From an uncultured virus (IMG/VR IMGVR_UViG_3300020219_000015) (lineage: Duplodnaviria > Heunggongvirae > Uroviricota > Caudoviricetes), in IMG/VR virus record IMGVR_UViG_3300020219_000015: 64,000 nucleotides of DNA, one strand, 5' to 3'. The notes below the pieces were generated by a model, which saw nothing but the letters and a program-made list of their open reading frames with translations, did no database searches and had not been told where the DNA came from. Positions 49,860 through 60,541 of this stretch are shown piece by piece. Within the stretch, counting starts at the first letter, position 1, and each line of letters opens with the position of its first letter. A program made the position numbers and the translations under genes.

Positions 49860-51848
49860 TTAGTCTAAGTATTCAACATCATATCCCTGATTTTTCAGGT
49901 CTTGTATTTCAGTATCTGATAAGTAATATTCTCCTCCTTGATCATAAGATCCTCCATATTTTCTATACTGGCCGGCAGCTCCTGTAAATTGGGTTGGTAT
50001 CATTTGATCAGCTCTGAAGTATCCTTGATTAATATCATAATTTCCTCTTGATCCTGCATTACCCGGGGTACTTGTGAATACTTGATCAGCATGAGTTTTA
50101 TCTCTTAATTGCTTCTCCCTAGTTTTTCTGTCTCTCGTATTAAAGATATTAGTCAATGCTTCCATGCCGAGTATACCCATATTGGCTTGATCTTCTCCTG
50201 ACATTGTTCCTTGATTAAATTTAAAAGTAGATGATGGAGGTGTTGAAGTTGTATTTGGTCCATACATATCTCCTGCTGCAGATTGTTGATTAAACTGAGC
50301 AGCTTGAACTGCTATAGCATTACTTTGTCCTTGTATGAGATCACTCTGATATCCTTGAAGTTGTTGATTGGTAGCATTAAGATCAGACTGAGTTCCCATA
50401 TATGTAGTACTTGCATAAGGGTTCATTTCTGCTATAGGTGCCATATTGTTGGCATTAAGTAGTCTTGGATCATAACAAATAGAGAATGGATTATGCATAT
50501 CTTCCTCACTACATACCGGTTTGTCATTCATTTCTCTACCAGTAACCTGAGTTCCGTCTTGTGCATATTGAGGAATAAATTTTCTTATATTATTTCCATC
50601 ATTTTCTGGAGTAAAGAACTGATCATTTATACCACCATCTTGTTTTTTATGAAATCCATGATGTTTTTTAAACGTCTTAGCTAAATTATATTGAGGAGAT
50701 CCCGGAGGACATCCTGGTTTACCTAAAGGAGTACATCTTCCTTTTTTAAGATTTTTAGGAATCCAATTTCCTCCCTTTTTCATATATCCCATATCTTCCA
50801 TTCCACTAGTCATCTCAGCATCTGACATTATAGAACCATCTGGCATATGATGAAATGTAGCATGAGGAATCATCTCTTCATGTACAGCATCTAATGAGGT
50901 ATTTTTTAACCAATCCATGAAATCATTTTTCTTTTCATCAAGCATATTACTTGAATTGAAATCTGTAGATCCTCCCTCTTGCATAGCTCCTCCACATTCT
51001 TTACAGGGAACTCCTCCCATGTTAAACATAACAGGAGGAATGTTAAGATTATTAGTAGATCCTCCATAGTTGAATCCATATTTATTAGCTCCTGGTTTAT
51101 GTATATTAATTCCAAGATTTTGTACACCTCTTCTTTGAGATTTAGGAACTGTAGGAGGATTAGTATATGGCTTTATCTGACCTATGTATGAATCAGAAGT
51201 AATATCAGAAGGATTATTATTAAGATTATTCATTACCGGTTCTACAGGAAATGTAGCAGGAGGTTGTGTTGGAGGAGGTGTAGTTCTCTTAGCTTTAGGA
51301 GCAGACACATCAGGAGTATAATATGGATTATTAGGATTATTCCATTCTGGAGTACCTTGTGGAATTGTTTTATATGCTCTATAATCTCCTGAAGGAGTTA
51401 AGAATTGGGATGATCCAGCATCTTTGGTATAGCCTAATGCATATAACTGATCTGTTGATAAAGGTTGTTGACCAGATGGTAAATATTGACTTAATAAAGT
51501 AGGATCAAATCCTTTAGGATAATTTGTATTAGTTCCTCCTGTTTGGTAGTTTCCTTTTAATCGTTTCATATTATCTGATATTAAATTAGGACTGCCTCCT
51601 TGTTTTAGCTTTTTATACTGATTCATGATTTGTTTAGTTGCAGGAATTTCTAATACATGTGAATGATCTGGAAAATGATACTCTTCTCCTGGTTTAGCTA
51701 GTACTGGATCACCAGTACCATTCTCTCCCATTGGAATAAGAAGTAGTTTTTTATCTACTCCTTTCATAGTTATTCTATTAGAGTTTATAACATTAAATGG
51801 GTTATTAACATCCGGAGAATTTTTTTTATATCCTAAGTTAGAAAACAT
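49860..51848 (-). CDS. Putative virion cargo protein with repeated xxxGG motifs (662 aa)
   Basis: Low complexity, with LKQGG, YQTGG, FNYGG, FNMGG, MQEGG, MKKGG, KQDGG, RKYGG and YDQGG. Confidence 0.72.
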   Translation of the reverse strand: MFSNLGYKKNSPDVNNPFNVINSNRITMKGVDKKLLLIPMGENGTGDPVLAKPGEEYHFPDHSHVLEIPATKQIMNQYKKLKQGGSPNLISDNMKRLKGNYQTGGTNTNYPKGFDPTLLSQYLPSGQQPLSTDQLYALGYTKDAGSSQFLTPSGDYRAYKTIPQGTPEWNNPNNPYYTPDVSAPKAKRTTPPPTQPPATFPVEPVMNNLNNNPSDITSDSYIGQIKPYTNPPTVPKSQRRGVQNLGINIHKPGANKYGFNYGGSTNNLNIPPVMFNMGGVPCKECGGAMQEGGSTDFNSSNMLDEKKNDFMDWLKNTSLDAVHEEMIPHATFHHMPDGSIMSDAEMTSGMEDMGYMKKGGNWIPKNLKKGRCTPLGKPGCPPGSPQYNLAKTFKKHHGFHKKQDGGINDQFFTPENDGNNIRKFIPQYAQDGTQVTGREMNDKPVCSEEDMHNPFSICYDPRLLNANNMAPIAEMNPYASTTYMGTQSDLNATNQQLQGYQSDLIQGQSNAIAVQAAQFNQQSAAGDMYGPNTTSTPPSSTFKFNQGTMSGEDQANMGILGMEALTNIFNTRDRKTREKQLRDKTHADQVFTSTPGNAGSRGNYDINQGYFRADQMIPTQFTGAAGQYRKYGGSYDQGGEYYLSDTEIQDLKNQGYDVEYLD

Positions 51849-51850
51849 TA

Positions 51851-52498
51851 TTATAAAGATATACTATTTAGTCTCAATTTTCTTCTAGTTTCTATTTGTT
51901 TTTCTATAGATTCTCTAGTTCTAGGAATTCCTTTTAACTTATAATTGGATATTCCAGTCTTAGTTTTTATAATTTTTTCTATAGTTTCCTGAGAGTGACT
52001 TCTTCCTCTAAGTTTATCTCCTATTTTTTTTCTAGATTCTATAGATCTGGGAGTAGATGGACTCTTCCTTTTTATTCCCTCTAATTTTCTTCTTTTAACA
52101 GCTTCAGCTTTTCTTTTTAAGGTTTCTTCCGATGGTTTATATCCTTTTTTAAATCCTCCTTTATTTTTAACTACATGGTTTCCTCTCCAGATACCTGATT
52201 TAAGTTGCATATTATATTCTGGATATAAATTATCTAAATAATATTGTTCTCTAAAATATATTTCTTCTTTTTTACATAATTCTATAATAGAAAATTCAAA
52301 ATTATCAGCTCCATATTTTTCATATGAATATTGTAAATGTTTATTATGATGTTTTTTTAAATTTAGCTTAGATAGATGTTGATTATATCTAGTTCTAAAT
52401 GATATAGCACTTCCAATATAAAATTTTCCATTGATAATATTAGTTATTTTATATATTCCTGTACTATTAAAATTTATATAATCTCCTTGATAAATCAT
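51851..52498 (-). CDS. Free-standing GIY-YIG homing endonuclease with NUMOD3 repeats
   Basis: GIYKITN...YIGSA...RYNQH; PSEETLKR and HSQETIEKI. Confidence 0.9.
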   Translation of the reverse strand: MIYQGDYINFNSTGIYKITNIINGKFYIGSAISFRTRYNQHLSKLNLKKHHNKHLQYSYEKYGADNFEFSIIELCKKEEIYFREQYYLDNLYPEYNMQLKSGIWRGNHVVKNKGGFKKGYKPSEETLKRKAEAVKRRKLEGIKRKSPSTPRSIESRKKIGDKLRGRSHSQETIEKIIKTKTGISNYKLKGIPRTRESIEKQIETRRKLRLNSISL

Positions 52499-55400
52499 CG
52501 TTTAGATTCTAGTAATTTGGTTATTGCAATTTTTACAATCATTTTTACGTCACCTGATATTTTCCTTTGTAGGGACACGTAATTCAAATAGTGACGGAAT
52601 TTTTTTCTTTCAAATGAATTCTTTTGATAATTAAGATTTAAAGGATTTAAGGTTCTTGTATATCCATTAGCATCATTAAGCCAGATTACTCTTTGGGCAG
52701 CTGAAAATTCTCCTCTATCATCTGTAATATCCCAGAAAGTATTAAATCTATATTTCTGTTCTACTTTACTATATAGTATATCAATATCTGTAGGATTAAT
52801 TATAGGATAAAGTAGTCCCTTTATTGGATTGTTCTTTGGAGTAAGATTTAATTTTAATACTCCAGAGGTCTGCTCTGTGTTAGATATAATAGCCTGGTCA
52901 AAGTTAAAATCTAGTAATTGATATTTATTGATTCCCGATAGATCATATTTATAACACTCCAGATAATACTCTAATGATCTTACTGTATTTACTATAGTCC
53001 CGGTAGAAGTTACATACTCTAATTCAAAAGGATAATCTGTACCATAATAATTGCAGAAACTATCTGTTCTATTATTGTGTCTCCATACCTCACCTTTCTT
53101 GGTGATAGGATTAGTAATAATAGACATAAAGTTATTCTTGCTTGGAATATATAGTTCCGGGTGCCAATCATGATGAGATACCCAACCACCATCTCCATTA
53201 TTTGCTTTAGGACTGTAACTTACTGTCCAGGAAGCATCTTCAAAATATTGAGTATCTGTTAACTGAATTGGTGTGAATACTATATCCTGAGTATCATTTC
53301 CACTAATTAGTACTAAAGAACTACTTACTTCATTATAAATGATCTGTCCTTTATATTGATCTCTAACTTTATAATCCTTCTTGCAGAAGTATATAGTCTC
53401 TAGTTGATTATCATAAATAGATTGACATCCTATACCAATAACTGGGTTATCGGTGTGTGGATAATTAGGAATATCCTGAGTTAAGAAATAAGGTAAATAC
53501 TTTTTAAACCAGAACTTTAATCCTGAAAATGTTATATCTTTTAATCCCTGAGTTAACCTGAATACTTTACCTTGGTTCTCACTAATATAATATAATCCAA
53601 ATGGTGTATTTAATATACTAAGTCTATTTTGACATGATCCATACTCCAAGGAGTCATCTGCATTACTAACTGATTGTAATGGCTGGGAAAATAATCCTCC
53701 ATCCCCAATTGTTATCTTGGTTCCTAATGAAGTTTGAAGAGTATCTACTCCTTGAAACTCTATAGGAGAAGCTGTGTCAAAAAGAATAAGGGCCCCAGAT
53801 TTATTTATGGGTTTAATAGCTGTGATCTTGCTTTTGAAATCTTTATAATTATTAGCTAGGAATACTCTCCAGTAATCTTTCTTGTTCTCTAGATTCTGAG
53901 GTAGTGAATATATAGCCCTAAATGGAAAATAAGAAAAACACTTTTCTGCTATGATAGGATCATAATCTCTTGGTTGTTGATTACCCCATGAAATAAAGTT
54001 TATAAATAATCTGGATATAGATAGAGATATATCATACTTGAAGAAGTTCCCGGCCTTAATAATCTTTGGAGCAAATAAAGCTGCAGTATCAGTATATCTA
54101 TATGGATCATAATGTCTTTCTGAATCTTCCTTACCCCAGTCTCTGAGTTCTGTATTAATCTCTGATTCTACAAAGAAGTCTCTTACTCCTGATTGAAATA
54201 AATAAAAATATGCATCTTTTAATCCAAATCTTAATGCTCCAAAAATATTACTTAATACAGAACTTCCATTACTGATTCTATCTAGATTAGCCCTACCTGA
54301 AGGAAGACCTTCAGTTAAAGAATTTATACTTAAAAAAGCTGGACCAGGAGTAATAAAATTTAAAAATCCTGTAAGAAATTCTCCTGTTTCATACTTGGTG
54401 AAATCAGCCCAGTATCTAGGAAAGTTAACCATGTATTTTAATCTATAATTAAACTCTGTTCCATCTGGTTGACCTAATAACCAATCATAGAAATAGAAAA
54501 AGGTATTCTTCTCTGTATATCTGGTGATATAAGTATCTCCTCCAAAGATCGGAGGAGTGGCTTGATCAGTTAATAATTGTTCTTCTGTAACCGGATCTAT
54601 AGAGTCAAATACACAAGTAATAGGAATCTCCTGGATAGAAGTCATCTGTCCATATTGATTCTCTATTCTTACTTTCAGAGCTGCATAATAGGTTGTAGTT
54701 ACTGTGGTAAATTCTTTATCTGGATCTTTTAAAGTTATTGCACCAGTACCTAGTAGTGCTGCAGTGCTTATACTCTGTACTGTATTATCAGATCCTAGAG
54801 GATATGAGATAGCCTTTGTAGGATCAATCTCAATAGCTACTGCTCTTCCTCTATAAAGATTATTTATTCTATAATTACTCCCAAAATCTTGAAACTGATT
54901 ATCAAGATAATTAGCTGATGTAATTAATCTCCTTGTGTTTCCAGGTACTGCATTTCCTGCAGAGAAGTTGTCATAAAATCCATGAGATCTATATCTATAT
55001 GCATATTGTCTATATGGAACTAATGATTCTATTAATCTTAAAGCAGTGTCTGTACCTAATGTCCAATAGTATCCAAGAGTTACTAAACCGGTTAATGCTT
55101 TAGTAATAGGTCCTAAATAATCAGATGTGGCTAATTCCACACTCTCTGTGGTAGTTCCTGCAGTTAATCCTGGAAGAGCTCCTGCAGTATATCCGGCTGC
55201 TATTAAAGCTGTATCAGTATTAGGTAGCCCTACTGCATCTGCAAGTACATTAAGTAATGTCATTGATGTAGGAGTAATAACTCCCTGAGTAAGACTTGCA
55301 TAAGCACCTAAAGCTATAGGTGCAGTTATTAATCCTGGATCAAATCCTCCTATTACAGGAGCTATGAAACTAGTAGTAGAAGATTGAGGAGCCTGGTAAG

Positions 55401-57537
55401 TACGTGTTCTTTGTCCTCTGACAGCAAGTGCTGCAGAAGCCAAGCCTAATATAGCAGCAAGTAGAAAGGATAAGTCTCCTAAAAGTTTTTCTTTAGGATG
55501 CTCTGGTACTTCTTCAAAGTTTCCTAATACTATTCCATTAATTTCTCCATAGAGTTTTATTTCTTTTGCTGAAAGAAATGGATTTTTAAACTGAGTGTCC
55601 GGAGAATGGAATGTATAAGCTGATCTACTTGCATTACCAAAGTATAATAGAGGAGTTTTTAATGCTCCTAATCCTCCGTTATCAGATTGATCTTGTGGAG
55701 ATAGAGTAGGATCTGGATTACTTACAGTTGCATTTATTGGATTATAAGGATAATTAGGATATAATCCTTGTTTTGTAGAAGGAGATAAAGAGTATGTTTT
55801 CATATTATTGATCATACCCTTTGCAATAATAGTCTTATTTCCCTCTCTGGATCCTCTTAATATTTCATAACCTACTATCCCGGGAATAAGATTTCCATGA
55901 TTATCTCTAGGTGCTCTGATCTTATCAAACTGTACTCCTAGAACTCTAATCTCAATATTACCAGTTGCATCTTTCTTAAAGTGTTCTGTTACATTAGGTA
56001 CTGATAAATTATCAGGCATCTTGTGATGTCTAATAGGTTTACCACAAAGATTTACCGGCATGTCTCCAGGAAGTAAACTCCATGATATTCCACTTGAATC
56101 AACATGGCTTGTATCTGGGCCTGCAGGAGGATTACTCTGATTCCAGATATCTGGTTTATTATCCGGATATATTTCAGTTGACTCCCAATAACTCATAAGA
56201 CCTTCTCCTATAATAACTCCTCCATCTGGTAGTATTATATTGGGGATTGTATTACCTGTTGCTGTATTATATATTTTCCATCTTACATCTTCATCAGGAA
56301 ATAGTTTATCATTACCTGCAGTAGCTGGTAGTAAATCAGTAGCTGTAGCTTCTCTACCAGGTATATGATAAGAAGAAGACTTGTCCCCTGTATTATACAC
56401 CCATCTTATGAAGAACGGATATACTTCATCTCTTAAATAAGAAGTAACATTACCACCTTTTCTATAGTAGTCTGCAGGATATTTTACAGAAATCCATTTA
56501 GTTGTAATCCTATTGGCTAGTGGCTGATAGTTAAAATCAAACTTTGTGGTGGGGGCTACCCTAAGCATATAAGTCCCTGTTTCAAATACTGCTTCTGATT
56601 TATCATAAACAGGAGATCTGAAAGGAATTAGTTCAATAGGAATGCTGGGAAGACTTTTTGCTATCTGATCTAGAAATATCTGATTTGTTCTAGTAGAATA
56701 TATTCCTATTCTTTTAGCTGATGTCTGTTGATTTATAGTTCTTACTACTACTAATTCAAACTCATCAAAATGTTCTGTATCAATTGAGTTAATAGTAATG
56801 TTAAGTGAACCTGATAAATTCTCATGTTCAAAAATAGATTGAATATTAGATGGAGTAGAATAGTCAGTTACTCTCTGATCATTGATAGTATATCCTATTA
56901 CTACAAAGTAGGATCCATTAGGAAGATTTCCTCCATTATGTCCTCTTGTAATACTTATACAAGGATTCTTTACAAATCTTGCTAATCTTAATTCTTCACA
57001 ATCTAGATCAGTAGTAGGAGTACAGGTAATGCAATTATTAATAGTATTACAATTTTCAAGAAATGCCGGACTATTTATGTTAATAGTTCTTGTAGGAGCA
57101 TTTCCATCATCCCAATAAGTCTGATAACTACAATCAAAGTTTTGTTTGGATACTCCTTTAATAAGATATTTTCTATTGAATCCTAAACAGTTGGATGGAT
57201 TCATTACTTGTCCAAGTGAGTTCTTAATAGGTGTATAACTACACTCACTATCATCAAATATTCCTATCTCTGAGTTAGTATCATCAGTTAGATACACTGC
57301 CCAGACATCACCATATAGATGAATAGTTCCTATACAAGGATAAGGGAAAGTAACACATAATAAATTAGAAGGTTCATTAGATCTGGTATTAAGATCTCCT
57401 GTAACTGTGTACTCAGTTGCATTCCTAGCTCTTGTGTATGCTCCCTCTGGAATAGAGGACTCATTCACATCCATTATCAACCCTCTATTGAAAGATGCTC
57501 CTTTTTGACTACTTGTATTCTGAGGATCCTGAGCCAT
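52495..57537 (-). CDS. Tail stabilisation/muzzle-like protein (1680 aa)
   Basis: YLRDEVYPF, PIRHHKMPD, IFGGDTYI and WTVSYSP...WVSHHDWHP resemble crAss-like tail proteins; position is consistent. Confidence 0.78.
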   Translation of the reverse strand: MAQDPQNTSSQKGASFNRGLIMDVNESSIPEGAYTRARNATEYTVTGDLNTRSNEPSNLLCVTFPYPCIGTIHLYGDVWAVYLTDDTNSEIGIFDDSECSYTPIKNSLGQVMNPSNCLGFNRKYLIKGVSKQNFDCSYQTYWDDGNAPTRTININSPAFLENCNTINNCITCTPTTDLDCEELRLARFVKNPCISITRGHNGGNLPNGSYFVVIGYTINDQRVTDYSTPSNIQSIFEHENLSGSLNITINSIDTEHFDEFELVVVRTINQQTSAKRIGIYSTRTNQIFLDQIAKSLPSIPIELIPFRSPVYDKSEAVFETGTYMLRVAPTTKFDFNYQPLANRITTKWISVKYPADYYRKGGNVTSYLRDEVYPFFIRWVYNTGDKSSSYHIPGREATATDLLPATAGNDKLFPDEDVRWKIYNTATGNTIPNIILPDGGVIIGEGLMSYWESTEIYPDNKPDIWNQSNPPAGPDTSHVDSSGISWSLLPGDMPVNLCGKPIRHHKMPDNLSVPNVTEHFKKDATGNIEIRVLGVQFDKIRAPRDNHGNLIPGIVGYEILRGSREGNKTIIAKGMINNMKTYSLSPSTKQGLYPNYPYNPINATVSNPDPTLSPQDQSDNGGLGALKTPLLYFGNASRSAYTFHSPDTQFKNPFLSAKEIKLYGEINGIVLGNFEEVPEHPKEKLLGDLSFLLAAILGLASAALAVRGQRTRTYQAPQSSTTSFIAPVIGGFDPGLITAPIALGAYASLTQGVITPTSMTLLNVLADAVGLPNTDTALIAAGYTAGALPGLTAGTTTESVELATSDYLGPITKALTGLVTLGYYWTLGTDTALRLIESLVPYRQYAYRYRSHGFYDNFSAGNAVPGNTRRLITSANYLDNQFQDFGSNYRINNLYRGRAVAIEIDPTKAISYPLGSDNTVQSISTAALLGTGAITLKDPDKEFTTVTTTYYAALKVRIENQYGQMTSIQEIPITCVFDSIDPVTEEQLLTDQATPPIFGGDTYITRYTEKNTFFYFYDWLLGQPDGTEFNYRLKYMVNFPRYWADFTKYETGEFLTGFLNFITPGPAFLSINSLTEGLPSGRANLDRISNGSSVLSNIFGALRFGLKDAYFYLFQSGVRDFFVESEINTELRDWGKEDSERHYDPYRYTDTAALFAPKIIKAGNFFKYDISLSISRLFINFISWGNQQPRDYDPIIAEKCFSYFPFRAIYSLPQNLENKKDYWRVFLANNYKDFKSKITAIKPINKSGALILFDTASPIEFQGVDTLQTSLGTKITIGDGGLFSQPLQSVSNADDSLEYGSCQNRLSILNTPFGLYYISENQGKVFRLTQGLKDITFSGLKFWFKKYLPYFLTQDIPNYPHTDNPVIGIGCQSIYDNQLETIYFCKKDYKVRDQYKGQIIYNEVSSSLVLISGNDTQDIVFTPIQLTDTQYFEDASWTVSYSPKANNGDGGWVSHHDWHPELYIPSKNNFMSIITNPITKKGEVWRHNNRTDSFCNYYGTDYPFELEYVTSTGTIVNTVRSLEYYLECYKYDLSGINKYQLLDFNFDQAIISNTEQTSGVLKLNLTPKNNPIKGLLYPIINPTDIDILYSKVEQKYRFNTFWDITDDRGEFSAAQRVIWLNDANGYTRTLNPLNLNYQKNSFERKKFRHYLNYVSLQRKISGDVKMIVKIAITKLLESKR

Positions 57538-57539
57538 AC

Positions 57540-58565
57540 TTATACTGCATTATTATGTAAAAATCTTGGACTTGAACCTGGTGAATAACTAGAAAACATA
57601 TCATAGTATTTAGAGTACATAGCTTTTCTATTGGTTTCCCACATCTTAGCCATTTCAGAGAAGTTAGGAGTATTGACAACTGTGAGAGCATTATTTCTTG
57701 CTCCTCTAAGTTTTTGTTGAACTAGTCCTAATGCCTTTTCTACAGACTCATCTTCCATTAATAGATTTTCTAGTATCCTTTCTTTCAGAGCATATTCATA
57801 ATATTCATTCATATATGGATGATCCGGAACTAATATATTACCTGATTCATCTTCTAGTGCTCCTTCATAGTTGATATATACTTTTCCACACATCTCATTT
57901 CTAGTAGAGTGACTATTAGAATGATTTAGATTATGATTTAGGCCATCATTAAACCATATGAATCCATTTTTTATAAATGCTTCATCTCTACACATCCAGT
58001 TAAGATTAGGACACTCACAATTTATATCATGTGAATTCTTAAATCTTATTGGATACATCATATTATAGCTCCTTGAAATAGTATTTATTACTTGAACTAA
58101 TTGAAAGCCGGTAGTATTTTTACCACAGCTATCTGTACATCTTGTAAGACAAATAGGAATGGTGGTATTAGGAGTTAATGTTGGTGTACATGCATCAATA
58201 ACTACATCAGTACATGGATTAGGTTCTATTGGATCTTGGTAAGTGGGAATAATATTTTTAATAGGAACTTCTTGTATGTTAGTTCCCTGGCCTGGTATAA
58301 AAGTCTCTGTAAAACTACCACATAATAGAGCAAAGTTCATGACCCTGAAATCCTCTGGAAGTCTTGCTTTTCCATTTACTATATCAAGAACTGTGTTCTT
58401 AACCATGTTAATCCTAAGACCAAGATCATAGTTACATCTAAGAGCAACTTTAATCAACTGCTGAGGTTCTATTTTTCCTTCTAGAGAATATGTTTTCATA
58501 TCAACTCTAACACTCTCAAAGAGAGAATCAAATGTCTGATACTTTAATGTGTAGTTGAAGTTCAT
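57540..58565 (-). CDS. Tail ring/tubular protein (putative)
   Basis: IVNGKARLPEDF...VYINYEG..DESGNILVPD; position upstream of the muzzle-like gene. Confidence 0.65.
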   Translation of the reverse strand: MNFNYTLKYQTFDSLFESVRVDMKTYSLEGKIEPQQLIKVALRCNYDLGLRINMVKNTVLDIVNGKARLPEDFRVMNFALLCGSFTETFIPGQGTNIQEVPIKNIIPTYQDPIEPNPCTDVVIDACTPTLTPNTTIPICLTRCTDSCGKNTTGFQLVQVINTISRSYNMMYPIRFKNSHDINCECPNLNWMCRDEAFIKNGFIWFNDGLNHNLNHSNSHSTRNEMCGKVYINYEGALEDESGNILVPDHPYMNEYYEYALKERILENLLMEDESVEKALGLVQQKLRGARNNALTVVNTPNFSEMAKMWETNRKAMYSKYYDMFSSYSPGSSPRFLHNNAV

Positions 58566-58569
58566 AGTC

Positions 58570-59259
58570 TTATGTTCTTATAGTACCTTGTTTATCATCT
58601 GTATTAGGTTCAGAAGGTATTTGCATTACTCCAAATAGATCTTTTATTACAGCCTGCTCTATTTCTGCAAAGAGGAAATCCGGAATTGGAGTGACCTGAT
58701 CTTGTCTTTGAGTACATGCTGAATCTCCTGATCCATCAGCACATGTGAAAGTTACTAGATCATTTTCAAATATACCATCTACCATTACCGACTCCCAGTC
58801 TAAATTTGGAAAATATAAATACTCATTTATATACCAATAGTATTGTCTCTTGTTATACTTAAAGGTCGATGTCTTAGTCATTGAAGTATAAGTAGAAGGA
58901 GCTGTAGGAAATACTTCTTCCGATCCATCTATAGAACTGATTGTTCTAAATAGTGGCCCAAATCTAGCTTCCATTATTCCTGGAACTTTCTCTTTACTTC
59001 TCTTAAATAAACAATCAGATGTCACTCCTCCACAACAAGCTTCTATTCTATCTATTTCTATTAATTCCATACATGGAATAGTCCTGAATAGAGTACTGAA
59101 TTTTATGAGTTGGTTCCTGCCTTCTTCTCTTTTAATATATAATTTAGCCCATTTAATTATAAGACTATATATAAATCTATCTGTAAGAAAGGAATCTTCT
59201 TTTACAGCCTTAACTGAGTTTCTTACCCGGGATGTAGTAGCTCCTATTGTTGTTGCCAT
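58570..59259 (-). CDS. Tail ring/structural protein (putative)
   Basis: DSFLTDRFI and YYWYINEYLYF..GIFEN; position in the tail module. Confidence 0.62.
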   Translation of the reverse strand: MATTIGATTSRVRNSVKAVKEDSFLTDRFIYSLIIKWAKLYIKREEGRNQLIKFSTLFRTIPCMELIEIDRIEACCGGVTSDCLFKRSKEKVPGIMEARFGPLFRTISSIDGSEEVFPTAPSTYTSMTKTSTFKYNKRQYYWYINEYLYFPNLDWESVMVDGIFENDLVTFTCADGSGDSACTQRQDQVTPIPDFLFAEIEQAVIKDLFGVMQIPSEPNTDDKQGTIRT

Positions 59260-59850
59260 TTAATCAAAATTAAATTCATCATAATTAGTAAGATCAATTT
59301 CCTTAACTGGAATTACAAAATCTATATAAGGCTTGTTAGAAAAAAGTCTGGATGCTTTAACTCCACTTGCAAGATGAACAAATTTCTTGTAGTCTTTTCT
59401 AAACTCTTTTGAGCCTGCTCTCTTGAACTGTCTTACTGCAAAGAAGGACCAGAGTTCTCTATTTCTAAATTTGTATTTGGTTCCATAATTAGTATATATA
59501 ATTTTTGCTAAATGATTATCACACTCCCAGTTCTTATGAAGAACTTTATGGCCGGCTTCTTCTGATCTTTTATAATCAATAACTTCTCTCTTGCTTGGAT
59601 TACATCCTACTATAATAATATTTCCTAATCCTTCTCTTAATTTTACTCCATCTCTTAGTTCAACTATACTTTTCCAAATATTTTCATTATCCTTTTTTAT
59701 AACTTTATTAAATATTTTATAATCTACATCTATATACTGAGGATACTTTTCAGTAAATTGTTTAAATAACTCTTTAGATAATGAGTAGATATGTTTGTCT
59801 CTGAATCTGGGACCTTTAATATTTGGTTTTTTAACTACTGTAGAAGTCAT
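59260..59850 (-). CDS. Basic protein with an IHF/HU-like segment
   Basis: IWKSIVELRDGVKLREGLGNIII; crAss-like tail modules are known to carry IHF-like genes. Confidence 0.5.
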   Translation of the reverse strand: MTSTVVKKPNIKGPRFRDKHIYSLSKELFKQFTEKYPQYIDVDYKIFNKVIKKDNENIWKSIVELRDGVKLREGLGNIIIVGCNPSKREVIDYKRSEEAGHKVLHKNWECDNHLAKIIYTNYGTKYKFRNRELWSFFAVRQFKRAGSKEFRKDYKKFVHLASGVKASRLFSNKPYIDFVIPVKEIDLTNYDEFNFD

Positions 59851-59914
59851 GGATAGTTATAATTTACGAAAATTATCTGATATTAAAAAGTTTTACTAAG
59901 TTAATAAATAATAT

Positions 59915-59952
59915 GAAAGAGAAAACCCCGATTTTCACCGGGGTCTCTCTTT
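59915..59952. terminator. Intrinsic terminator
   Basis: aaagagaaaaccccg...cggggtctctcttt. Confidence 0.75.
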
Positions 59953-59989
59953 GAAAAAGCTACTGACTAAACCAACAAGTAGCAACTTT

Positions 59990-60514
59990 TTAAGCCAATG
60001 TCTCAACTAATAATGTCACTGAATAACAATTACCTACAGTACATGTAGCATTAACTCTTATATGATATTCTTCATTTGGTATAAGTCCGGTAATAGTATC
60101 TGTGGTAGCTGTTGGACCAAGTAAAGGTCTTAATATCCATACACCACTAGATGCTAGTTTGTACTCAACTTGATAGGTTAATACATCTGTTACTAAAGCC
60201 CACCCTGGAGTAATGCTAGTATTTGTGATAGATATAATAGAAAGGGTATTCACAGAAGCACATGTTCCACCTGTAACACATCCCGGGTTAGTAGCCAATA
60301 GTATAAGTTTTTGAATAATAGAATTGAGTCTGTCTCCGGTATTAATAGGAACATCTACAATACTAGGGCCTGAGTATATGACACAATTAGCATCAAAGAA
60401 TTCAGAACAAGGTTCAGGATTAGGACAGCTTGCATCTCCTGGACAAGGAAATGTAGGAACTGTAGTAAAAGCCTGATCTTTACAGCCACATGGGGCTTTA
60501 TGTCCACAATTCAT
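59990..60514 (-). CDS. Cys-rich protein with a C-terminal fibronectin type III domain
   Basis: TSITPGW...YQVEYK...ITGLIPNEEYHIRV. Confidence 0.8.
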   Translation of the reverse strand: MNCGHKAPCGCKDQAFTTVPTFPCPGDASCPNPEPCSEFFDANCVIYSGPSIVDVPINTGDRLNSIIQKLILLATNPGCVTGGTCASVNTLSIISITNTSITPGWALVTDVLTYQVEYKLASSGVWILRPLLGPTATTDTITGLIPNEEYHIRVNATCTVGNCYSVTLLVETLA

Positions 60515-60541
60515 AGTTATATATTTTAATATTAATTTTTA

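Noticed and set aside
51851..52498. Third group I intron around the GIY-YIG gene
   Set aside because: No ribozyme core elements and no flanking non-coding space. Both neighbouring genes look complete, so it is free-standing.
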